Shown piece after piece: positions 1-10,427 of a stretch of 64,000 bases of DNA (position 1 is the stretch's first letter; every line of letters starts with the position of its first letter). Below the pieces are notes generated by a model that did no database searches, was not told the DNA's origin, and saw only the letters and a list, made by a program, of their open reading frames with translations. The translations under genes and the position numbers were made by a program. This stretch comes from Mitosporidium daphniae. Lineage: Eukaryota. The stretch covers positions 1 through 64,000 of the forward strand of contig NW_013546154.1 in NCBI RefSeq assembly GCF_000760515.2, in the 5' to 3' direction.

Positions 1-2173
1 TCGGAATTGTTTCTGGTAATACGCCGCAACTTTTACCTTTTGACGCTCAAAACTTTGAAGATTCGGCTTCAAGTAATACCCAATTGGTTCCAAGCTCATC
101 GACGGATTTACAAAATCAAGGCCAAGGCCAAGAGATCTCCCTTAACAAAAGCAGAAATCACACACAAAATATGCGGTCGCCTTATCGAAACAATTCCGAC
201 CCCAAAGACGCGATATCTATTCCTTTGGACAGTATGCTCGATGTTTGCGTCAAGCTAGAAAAAACACATTCTTTTTCTCCGGTTTTCAGAAATAGCTTAA
301 ACTCCTCTTCTGGCACTCGCAATCAAGAAGTGTTAAGCACAGGTCAATCTTCAAAAGTTGGTAGCACCAAAATGGCTCTTTGCAGCAATTTTGAACTTGG
401 CGGTGATAACGGCACTCCGTATCACAAAAGCATGTCGGATCGCACATGCACCGTCTTACCTCCCTCCAATCCCTTGGAATATATGTTTTATTTGGATTGG
501 ATAAAATGTCAATCCGATCTAGCCTCGCTGACCGAAACCTACCAAAGAATCTCTACATTTCTACATGAAACTAATTTCCAGATCATCGAAAAACAAAAGG
601 AACTTCAGAATTGTCTGTCCAAAATGATTTCCTCACATAGCAGCATGTTTTCTGCCAATCAGTTTTCCTCTCCTCATCAATCGCACGAGATACTCCTCCA
701 TACTTGTGACCAAAATGATATTCCCATAACCCCGCGACATCTTGTATCTGAATTACCAAAGAAAAGCCAGACATCTGGTACATCACCCACTCAAAGTTTT
801 GGCATGCCGAGTCAAGCTTTTGGGGGAAACAGCCCAGTGTCCAATATGGCAGATCAAGTGTCCAGTCACATAGAATCTATTTTTGGCACGTATGGCTCAG
901 ATTCCAGCTTCGCGGAAACCCCTGTGCTAAAAGCATCCCCGAAGGCCTGTATCAATCATCATCAGCTGAGCTATTTTCATATGATGACTTCTGGAAAGCC
1001 CAGGTATTTAGTTTTGAATGAGACATCTGGAGACTCCCTATTGGAAGACACTCTCATTGCCTGTGATATTCATGGTGAGTTTCAGACCTTTTCTCGCAAA
1101 GACAGAAGGTACTGACGGATAACTTTATTTGTAGAAAAGTATCAAACTATCCCCCTTTTATCACCCCTTCCGCCCATACAGGTTCTGTTGTGGAGGATCT
1201 TGTATGGAATCAAAGTGGAGATGTTCTTGCAATGGCATATTCGCCCGGAAATTCGGCTCAATTGGTTATGGTCGCTCCAATTGTAAGATTGTCGCATTGA
1301 TAAGGCTTAGAAGTCTACGTCCTCAAATCAGATTAACTTTGTTCTCGCACCAATGCAGCCTAATACCCAGCATTTGCGGGGCATTAGCTGCATTACACAA
1401 TACAAGGGGCGATCAGTTTCTTCTGCCGGTGTTTCCTGCTCCTCGCTATTGGGAGTGCACGAATTTATCACCGGTGGTGCGGACAAAACCATTGTTTGTT
1501 ACACCATTTCTTACAATAGCATTTGTGGTCTAAACACGCTGACGGATCGTTCTCTTCCACCCATGTGCATAGCGCCCACAAATCCAGAGTCAATGCGGTA
1601 TTACACAATCACATGAGCGGCTCCATAATTTCCGGTGGCTCTGACAGGTGCCCATTCACTCATTTTTCAATAACTTAGACGATTGATTCTATATGATTTA
1701 GAGCAAAGAGCCATAGACCAATGCCATAAGCTTGAAAGTCGTATTAGCACCGTTCAATTGAACGAAAAGGCAGATTTGCTTCTGTTGACGTTTTTGTCTT
1801 CTTCAAACCAGCTGATGCTGTGGGACATACGGAAGAAAAAATTCGCCCACCAATTTGGCTGTGCAGAGGTATCGTATTCTTCTAATCGTCAAAGAGCAAT
1901 AATTTGAGCAGATATGTGCGGCCCTCTTGGCACAAAGATGGCAATTTGGTGGTATGCGGCGGCTCTGATGTCTCCGCCTCCATCAAGGATCAGGCTTCAA
2001 TCCATCTTTGGGACATACGGATGCTCAGGCGGCGACAAAAGGACGTGCCTGTCCATACGCTCTCCATAAATACGAGCAGAATTGTCCACTGCCTGTTTGC
2101 TCCAAATGCAAGCTCCCTGTATGCGCTGGCCGTGGATCGCTCCATGGTTATTTTGGATTATACCCTAAATTAA
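1..2173 (+). CDS. WD40-repeat protein with low-complexity N-terminal region (5' partial; about 5 mini-introns)
   Basis: The frame is open to the window start. Removing GT-AG introns (e.g. 1109-1134, 26 nt) joins the ORF pieces into WD repeats: EFITGGADKTIHLW, SAHKSRVNAV...IISGGSDRRLILYD, QLMLWDIR, SIHLWDIR. Confidence 0.75.
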
Positions 2174-2371
2174 TGAACCCAACTTTGATTAATTTGAGCC
2201 CATAAACACAAAATAGCTCGCCACGCTAGAACTAGCTCTGAACAGGCGGCTACCAAGTAAATCGCGGTAATTTCAAATATAAGGCGTCCATATTGCCGGA
2301 CCTTTAACTGGCTGTGGTGCAGCCCACCATTCAATGTTAGCGAATCACATCTCCAAGCTGAAGCTGCTTAG

Positions 2372-3346
2372 TTAGTTTTTATTGAGCTCATTAGGTATTG
2401 GGTCGAGATTGTACGAGATTCGGGTAGTGTTATCGCCAGATTTGACCTGCACCTTTCGGACTCGCATCATAGGTCCAAGAAGGCCAAGATGAGGAACATG
2501 GGTACCTCCACATGGAATTTCGCTTATAAATCCATCGATAGACATGCATCGCATGGCATAATCATCATGTGGAGACGCGTGTCGGATGATTGTGAGGGGA
2601 TCCGCTCTGATGATCTTGTTACAATGCTGCTCAACTAAAAGCAAAAACTCATCACGGGTATGTGGAATTTGTGTGGCGAGATCTCTAGTGGGGCCTGTTT
2701 TATCTTTGAAGACCAGCTGACCACGATATAGAACATGGGGTCCATCTGGAAAATGGTATGCCTTCCCTGTCGTAAGAGATAAGCCCATTATCTCGATGAG
2801 AACAATATCAAGAAGATGGCCGGCCGTATGAAGCCGGCTATTGAGAAAGCGGCGATCATGGTCGATTCGCAGGGTCACTGGAAGCGGAAGAAGAGGAACT
2901 AACTTTTGGGCTGTAGTGCGTTGTTCCGCATCCCCGATAACGTGCTCAACAGTACCTATGCAAGAAAAAGTAAAACTTACTAATTTGCGATGTCTCTTCT
3001 GTTTTCATGCTCACAGAGGTGATGTTGAAACGCTTTGTATTGTTCAAGACATGATGGATCTCACTGTTCAGGGGATCCCCTGTAGGAAGCATTTCGTTAT
3101 TAGAAATCTTTTCTTGAGGGACCTTGCCCTGGCTCTGATTTTGGTCCTGGAGGTAAATCTCACCTGTGTCGCATCTAGGATGAGAAGGTGTATATACGGT
3201 TGCCCGCCCCCTTGCGGATAAAAAAGAGTGATGTCAAGAAGGAGACTGGCCGCATCACCGGAAGCATTGAATCTGATCCCAACTAGAAGTGCATTGCCAA
3301 TTGTGGCTGAACTCCTCAAGTATGCGAGTCTAGTGGATTCCGTCAT
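2372..3346 (-). CDS. AlaX-type alanyl-tRNA editing protein (2 introns)
   Basis: After splicing 23- and 25-nt introns: TLFYPQGGGQPCDTG, RLHTAGHLLD (HxxxH), GKAYHFPDGP and PCGGTHV (CxxxH) zinc-binding motifs. Confidence 0.9.
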
Positions 3347-4032
3347 TCAAAAAATAGATATTCGTAAGCCGGAGTACTTTAAATGCGTGACCACTTAGCT
3401 CGGGTGTCCCATCAAACACTTTATTATTCAACTGCCGTTGCGTTCAAAATCAGTGCAACGTGTGGACTTAATTGCCCTTTTGGAAGTATCTCTAATCAGC
3501 AATACAAACTTGCTTCGTGCTATAGCGCTTATATTTGGAATTTCTGTGTATCGCGTTTGGCCCGAGAGCCACCCTAGGAGGGCTTATCGGCAGATAAACC
3601 TTAAGCGGAGTTTGATACTTTGCCAGTAAAAGCAGGACCTCATCAATTCTTTATTTGATGGTCTAAGTATTGACAACAACTGCATGCGAATGCTGCGTTT
3701 TAGAATTGACTATAGGTCCCCTAACCCTAGCTTCCCAGACGGCATTTCTATCCGTCCCCAGATTTCGATTGTATTCTGTCTGTGATTTGGATTGCATTTT
3801 CAAACCAGCTCAAGTTTTCTCCAGTATATTTTTGTATGCGTTTTTTGTAAGGGCTAGCTGAAAATCCCTTTGCATTTCAGCCTATGCGTTTGTCAAAGCT
3901 TGGAGCCAGATTTTTACACCTTGCCTTTGCGCTACGTTAACCCTGCAAGGCGAATAATAAATTTCCGCCAAACTAAACTTTAACGTTCAACTTGCTGCCA
4001 GTTAAGGGTTCGCCATTGCACTTGTATCTGTC

Positions 4033-5903
4033 ATGCAGCTGCCTGCTCTTCTCCGTGTAAGGACGTCCTCTGGACAGACCACGCGTGTCCCAATAGACGT
4101 CGATCAATATAGACCTGATGAGCCGTTTTATGAGTCAGCACTTTGCTCCAAATTTGGCCCTGGCACATGGTCAAGGGATCCTTCTGGAACCACCCCCATT
4201 CCTCAGCAGACATTGCTTGGAGAACTTAGGTTAGGCCTCTCGCTTATTATAGAACTGGAGAAATGCTTTTCTTCAAGCCCACATTGTCTTTGTCGCCTAG
4301 TTCTTTGGCCTCTACATCGCTGCTCTCTCTCTCCCAGCCATCGATATCAATATCGGCCATTGACCGGCAGCTGGAGACGCAAGAGGGTCGAATTGTACGG
4401 AAGCGAGATCCGTTTCTGTGTAGACATTCTCAGAATGGAATGTGCCCTCATTGTGCTCCGCTTGACCCATTTGATGCAGGTTACCATATGGAACATGGCA
4501 TCAAGTTTCTCTCCTTTTGGAGCTTTATTAAGAAGGAGCGAGAGACACTTGCCTCCATCCTGCCTAGTTTAGAGATTTCCTTTGGACAGTGCAAGTCTGG
4601 AATCCATTTGCCTTATCCGCAAGGCATGTGTACAGCATGTCAGCCTTCACCTATAACGCTTCAACAGCAGGTTTGTTACTCTTTAACGAAATGATAGAAA
4701 TTTCGCATGGTTGATCATGTAGAATTCGTTGATTCAGCAACGGTGGATCGCTTTATTGATCGTTGGCGCGTAACTTCACATCAAGCTCTTGCATGGCTCA
4801 TAGGCACCTATGATTTTTACGCAGGTGTGCCACTTGGCGTCAAAGGCAAGGTCCGTTATCTGTGGATGCCTCTTCAGGAAACAGCTCAAGATGGGATTGA
4901 GCTGCCTACAGATACTTCTCCGCTGTATGGGGCTTTGGAAACACTGCTTCATAATACGCTTGCATGGCTTGGCTTGGAAAAGATTGGCGCAATATGGACA
5001 GACCTGTCTCCAGCAGGCGTCCCGCCCTGTAGGGGGCCTGAGACTTATTTTGTTTCTAGCTGGGAAATTGCGTGGATTACCCAAATGCAATTGGCACATC
5101 CAATCCCGGGGTGTTTCGAGGCAAGCAGTGCGTCGCGTTGGATTTCTATTGTTGTGACGGCAGATGTTAACGGAGAAGTGGCTCTCTTTCCCTATCAAGT
5201 CTCGCTGCAAGCTACATCACTTGCCAAAGCGGAACTTCTTCATCCCACATCAGAGGCCTCTTCGTGTGCCATATGGGCACCAAAAAATGGACATTTCAGT
5301 AGCGTTCCCCTGCCAGAGCTATTTTATCGGGTAGAAGAAGTTCAAGACACAGAAGAGGGCAATGCGCGCGCCAATCCAGCACAACGCCGGGCTGACCCCT
5401 GCTTCCCAAGCGAATATTTACTTGTCTCGCTGACCCATGGTTTTCTTGCTGATAAAATGCAGCCTTGCAACCATTTTGATATTGCGGCCACTTTTGTGGC
5501 AGCTGCGGGCGAGATCTGCAGCTCCACATTCCTATGCGCATTGGCCCCCTTTCTACTACACCATGACTCTGGAGATGAGTCCATGACTGGTCTAATGAGG
5601 CAAATCCATGCTGATCTCGGTAAATTATCGGTGTTTACTTTAGGGCTGTTGGTTGCGCTTCACGGGATGAACATATTTACCAGCGAAGAGCTCACGCTGC
5701 TTAAAGACCATTCAGATGCCTTTTTTGACACCTCTGGATGGCGGGATCTTAAAGAGCGCATGAAGGCCGCCCGCGCCGATGCCGGTTCTATTGATATGCA
5801 AGCGAATGATGCGCCCCTCTGGGCATGCACGTTTTGCACGCTGATTAACCCTGTAAGCGTAGATGACTGTGAGGCTTGTGGCCTTCCTCGCTCCCCTGCA
5901 TAG
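4033..5903 (+). CDS. NPL4: Nuclear protein localization protein 4 (Cdc48-Ufd1-Npl4 cofactor) with C-terminal NZF zinc finger
   Basis: CRH...GMCPHC, CTACQPSPITLQQQ|KFRMVDHVEF, GVPLGVKG and WACTFCTLIN...CEACGLPR. Introns 4230-4252 (23 nt) and 4671-4697 (27 nt) restore the frame. Confidence 0.95.
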
Positions 5904-6007
5904 ACATCGATCGTAGGCATGTGGTGGACAATTTTATAAACAAATTATAAACAGTCATAAGCGTGCGGCAAATAACGGAATAAACAAAACGATCAAGGGG
6001 CGCCTAT

Positions 6008-7084
6008 TTACACAACAAAGAAAAAGACGAATAGCGCGACCAGGGCCAGCAGACCGAATGCCTTTAAAATGGCGGAGCGGTGTCTGCTTTCGCTCTGCCA
6101 GAAGCGGTACAGCTCGTGCTGGGCAACATCGGCATGCGAAAAAGCTGATTCGATGTCAACGTCAATCCTATCATGATGGCCACACGCTTACCGTTGAATG
6201 GTTTCTCCTTGAAGAGACACAAGCTGGACCAACTGTTGGAAAATGGTGCCCAGCTCATGGACAGTAGATTCTATACTTTCCAACCGGCCACTGCTGGCCG
6301 AAGCAGGGGCCTGGTGAAGAGCCATCTTAGAAGCCGACGAATATGCACAAGCAGATACGTCTTCATATGCAGAGTGAATATCAGTACCGGTGAGATAGCG
6401 CCCGCGTAGCGCAGATGGATAGGCGGAGGTGTATGTGGTTTGTCCAGCAGCGTATCTTTGAGGGGCCAAGCGGAGCGATACAGCTTCCAACTGAGTGGCC
6501 GATTGTATATTCGCTGGATTTGAGGCTGTCAATTGAGAAGTCATTGGCAATTGGCTCATTTGCTGCACACCCGCCGGTGCCTCGGAGATGGTTGGTTGGG
6601 AACCAAAGCTTTTTTCGCGGCGCAAGATCTTCTCAAATTGATCGGCAAGCGATCTGCAGCAGTTTTCTAAAAATTTGCAGACAAGGAGGGTGTGCTCTGC
6701 ATATGAAGCAGGGATGCCATTCATCGCCGCAACGGAGTATTGAAACGATTTCAAATGCTGAATCTCCTTGGTAACATTTGTCGCCAGCGCCTTGATTGCG
6801 TCAAGTGAAAAAGAAGGTTGACAATTTAAAATACTAGATGGCATGAGCTGTGTTGGCGCGAGAGGAATATCAGAGTGCCATGCTGCGGGCGCAGGATATT
6901 CACAATTCAGTGTCAACAGCATGCGACGTGCCTCCGTGATCTCAGCACGGATTTTAGTGCTGAGTGACTGGAACTGGGCGTGGATATGATCATAGCTACG
7001 TTCCACCGGATATATTGCTTCAACGGCAACCACGCTGTTCCTTGCCATCACAAGCAGCGAGTGGAACTCGCGTGACCGGTCCAT
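6008..7084 (-). CDS. SED5: Syntaxin-5 / Sed5 Qa-SNARE
   Basis: N-peptide MDRSREF; SNARE motif IESTVHELGTIFQQL...QGETIQR|IDVDI across intron 6168-6191 (24 nt); C-terminal TM helix. Confidence 0.9.
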
Positions 7085-7135
7085 CGAGCAATTAAATGCG
7101 GAAAACAAAATTGTACATTTGACTGCTTAAATGTG

Positions 7136-7150
7136 TAACCCTAACCCTAA
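7136..7150. promoter_or_regulatory. Telo-box / interstitial telomeric motif TAACCCTAACCCTAA in the SED5-QTRT1 divergent promoter
   Basis: 2.5 copies of CCCTAA are seen directly; the regulatory role is inferred. Confidence 0.5.
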
Positions 7151-7391
7151 ATTCGCTAATTTTCGTCCAAAAGGTTTATCAAGCGATAAGACGGCTGGGA
7201 TGTGGTAAAATATATGCTTTGCCGGTTTCCAGGCAACTATGAATTTCGCATTGATATTTTTTATGCCACAATTAGGCGAAACGTATGTGAAGCTCCAACC
7301 AATTAATTGACCCGTTAAAAGCAATTAAATTTATACATTGGACATTGCAAAAGAAAATTAAAATTAAAATTAAAAGACTGCCCCCTTTGCA

Positions 7392-8726
7392 ATGGCAGAG
7401 CCGCCTTTACGCTTCGCCATCGTTGCCCGGTGTTCGACAACACGTGCACGGGCTTCCTTGATGCATCTTCCACACGGAACAGTTAAGCTGCCTGTATTCA
7501 TGCCTGTTGGTACGCAGGGAACCATGAAGGGACTCACTGCCGACCAATTGCGGGAGCTTGATTGCGAAATCCTGCTGTCCAATACATACCACCTTGGGAA
7601 TAGACCAGGCGTTGATATTCTTTCTGCTCAAGGTGGACTCCATAAATTCATGGACTGGGATCGGGCCATTTTAACAGATTCTGGCGGCTTCCAGATGGTT
7701 TCCTTACAAAAGCTATCCACCGTGAGCGAGGAAGGCGTGACCTTTGAGTCCCCTCACGACGGAAGCATGATGCTACTACGCCCAGAGGACTCGATTGCCA
7801 TCCAGCGGGAAATTGGCTCAGACATCGTTATGCAACTTGATGATGTAGTGAACCCGCTGTCCCCGCCTGCACGTCTTCAAGAGGCAATGGAGCGCTCCAT
7901 CCACTGGCTTGACCGTGCTATCGCCTCCATGAAACAAAATGAAGCTTCAAATGTGGAACAAGTTTCTTTAGCAAACGCGCCGCCTGGAAAAAAGATGATC
8001 CCGGTCGTTGAAGCGCTTTCCTCGCAAAAGGCCGTCCCAGCACGTCAGACGCTCTTTCCCATCATACAAGGCGGCTTGGATCTCACTCGTCGCGATCACT
8101 GTATTACAGAAATGAAGAAAAGATCTACACTTGGATATGCTATTGGTGGCCTTGGAGGCGGAGAGGCGAAAAGCGATTTTACGGCCATGATTCGGTTCTG
8201 TACAAAAGAGCTGGAGGGAGACGGCAGTTGCCCCTCAACCCCGATATATTGCATGGGTATTGGATATGATCTCGATTTGCTGATTTGCGTGGCACTTGGT
8301 GTTGATATGTTTGACTGCGTCTTTCCAACACGTACAGCAAGGTTTGGCCATGCTCTGCACCCTTGCGGAGATATCTCGCTTAAAAAGGCAATGTATGCCC
8401 AGGATTTGCGACCCATCGATTCGGAATGCACATGCCTCACTTGCCGAAACTATACCAGAGCAGCCCTACATGGGATCGTCGGGAAAGAGACGACAGGCTG
8501 CCACCTGCTTTCAATGCACAACATTGCATACATGTTGCGATTTTCACGGGCTATGCGCGATGCCATAATAGCAGACAAATTCCCCGCATACATCAAATCA
8601 TTTCTGCGTCGACGCTTCATCGAAAATGAGGAGCAGCTCGCCGATAAAGAAGCGATTGTGCCCGAGTGGATTATCGATGCTCTTGCAAGTATTGGCCTTG
8701 TCATCGATCCTAGAATGGCAGAATAG
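7392..8726 (+). CDS. QTRT1: Queuine tRNA-ribosyltransferase catalytic subunit
   Basis: PVFMPVGTQGTMKG, NTYHLG, LTDSGGFQMVSL, GVDMFDCVFPTRTARFG and a CxCxxC...H zinc site; intronless. Confidence 0.97.
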   Translation: MAEPPLRFAIVARCSTTRARASLMHLPHGTVKLPVFMPVGTQGTMKGLTADQLRELDCEILLSNTYHLGNRPGVDILSAQGGLHKFMDWDRAILTDSGGFQMVSLQKLSTVSEEGVTFESPHDGSMMLLRPEDSIAIQREIGSDIVMQLDDVVNPLSPPARLQEAMERSIHWLDRAIASMKQNEASNVEQVSLANAPPGKKMIPVVEALSSQKAVPARQTLFPIIQGGLDLTRRDHCITEMKKRSTLGYAIGGLGGGEAKSDFTAMIRFCTKELEGDGSCPSTPIYCMGIGYDLDLLICVALGVDMFDCVFPTRTARFGHALHPCGDISLKKAMYAQDLRPIDSECTCLTCRNYTRAALHGIVGKETTGCHLLSMHNIAYMLRFSRAMRDAIIADKFPAYIKSFLRRRFIENEEQLADKEAIVPEWIIDALASIGLVIDPRMAE

Positions 8727-8742
8727 CAATCAAAAGCAAATA

Positions 8743-8827
8743 AAGGGCTGATAACAAATTGAACGAAAGCCAAGGGCTGATAACAAATTGAACGAAAGCC
8801 AAGGGCTGATAACAAATTGAACGAAAG
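8743..8827. repeat. 29-bp tandem repeat, about 2.9 copies (AAGGGCTGATAACAAATTGAACGAAAGCC)
   Basis: Copies at 8743, 8772 and 8801 (the last is 27 bp), with no spacers, between the convergent QTRT1 and ATE1 stops. Confidence 0.95.
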
Positions 8828-8873
8828 ATAAACACTAACACGTGCCAATCCAAGCGAGCAGCCCAATTTAGAG

Positions 8874-9961
8874 TTACTCTAAGGGCTGCCAGCAAAATTT
8901 TCCGCCTCCCAGTTGCGGAATACCTATTTCAGCAGGAGCATATGCGGCCTTATATAGCAGCTTGGGACATTTTGGCGAGTAAAATCCTAAAATTGGGCAT
9001 GAAAGCCATACCGAGAATGTAGTAGGAACGTCTCATTATGCGGGCAAGCTCAATTTCGGTCAGAATGGAAAAGGTTCCAAGGGAAAGGTTAGCATATTCC
9101 GGGTCATAAAAAAAATAACATGACGAAATATAGTCTGGTAGCACATCTACAGTTGACATTGCTACCAGCCGTGTGCCGATCACAAAGACCAAGAATCGAG
9201 TCGATCCCTCCTACAAATGAATACAAAAATTACAACAAATTGCAGCTGGAAATGTCAAAAAGACACCGGAAAAGATGGAAAAACAGAAAACAAACTGATA
9301 GCGGATCACAATGCCCATACCTCAAGAGCGCCATCAATAATAAAGCTTTTGAACGAATCGACAGTCCAAGTAGCAGCATCTTCATGTACCGCTTGCTGAT
9401 ACTTCAGAAAAAGCGTAAAAAGTGAAGCAAGCTCGAATTCAGCAAGCAGTTCAGAGGGCTCAAGCAGCCTGACTGTAAAGGCCGGAAGAACCCCCATCTC
9501 CTTGGTTTCTTTGAAATTCTCAACTTTATACATGTCTTTAATTGCTTCTGGGTATGCCTCCAGGTCTTTTGTGATGTCTCCTTGAGAATAGGTTGTCAAA
9601 AGACGGAAACGTGTAGCTATGCGGCGATACGCCTTCCTCTGAGAACGAGAAGGAGTGAACGCCGAAACACGTAACCTGATCGGTTTAAGTGGGCAGCATG
9701 TGATATCATTGAGGGGCAAATAGAGCAGTTTGGAGCCAGATCTGCAAATAGCATCAACAAACCTTACCTTCGCCAGCCCTGCTCCATTAGCTCTTGGTAC
9801 AGCAATGCAGCAAGAGGTGTTTTGAGTTCCGAATAGATTGCGATAGATCCATTCCCACCGCAATACCCACAATGGCCTGTAAACACAGAGACCGATTCTA
9901 CGAATGACATGCACGCTAGCTGTGGTGACAAGTATCTGGGATTGTAAAAAGGTCCACCCAT
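8874..9961 (-). CDS. ATE1: Arginyl-tRNA--protein transferase 1
   Basis: CGYC, YQELMEQGWRR|SG, TCCP.PIRL, KYQQAVH, SSCYFFYDPEY..LSLGTFS.L.EI, YYILG|FY...CPKL.YK. Introns at 9742-9767, 9211-9320 and about 8988-9011. Confidence 0.93.
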
Positions 9962-10002
9962 TTTATGCTAAATTTTAATTTAATTTTAGAGAGCAATTCG
10001 CC

Positions 10003-10263
10003 ATGTCTTCGCCTACGATCAGTTTTGGGTCGCCCACAGAACGGGAGAAAACAGAGCTGTCTCGCTATTTGAAGACAGAATGTGGTCCCATGTTAAAAGA
10101 TGCCATAAGTTGCGTAAAACAATCACATAACCAAGTAAAAGGCATCGACTGTCACCAGCTAATTAAGGCGTATTTGGACTGCTGCTCTGCAACACCGGCA
10201 GCGTGCGCCGAACGGTTTGGAGACCCGGATCACAACCCATTCCACACAGAAGAAGAGCAGTAG
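10003..10263 (+). CDS. Twin CX9C (CHCH) mitochondrial intermembrane-space protein, Mia40-like core
   Basis: C-GPMLKDAIS-C...KGID-C-HQLIKAYLD-C gives two exact CX9C motifs. Confidence 0.75.
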   Translation: MSSPTISFGSPTEREKTELSRYLKTECGPMLKDAISCVKQSHNQVKGIDCHQLIKAYLDCCSATPAACAERFGDPDHNPFHTEEEQ

Positions 10264-10427
10264 CAAATATAAAATAAATCGCTTTCCAATCGATTTGAAC
10301 GCATCGACCTCATCAAACAAGCGGTTGGCGCTAGATTGGTGTTTGAACACATCGCGATCATTGGCTGTTGGTCTTTGGATCGCTCAGCTGTGTGTAGACA
10401 TAGCTGAAAGTGCAATAGTGTCGTTTT

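Noticed and set aside
2206..2370. Possible snRNA/snoRNA (hairpin TAGC-CGCC/GGCG-GCTA; ATTTACTTGG and ATTTTGTG on the minus strand)
   Set aside because: U1-like and Sm-like words are imperfect and in the wrong arrangement, and there are no H/ACA or C/D boxes.
8743..8827. 29-bp direct repeats as a CRISPR array
   Set aside because: The repeats are head-to-tail with no spacers, no cas genes are present, and the context is eukaryotic.
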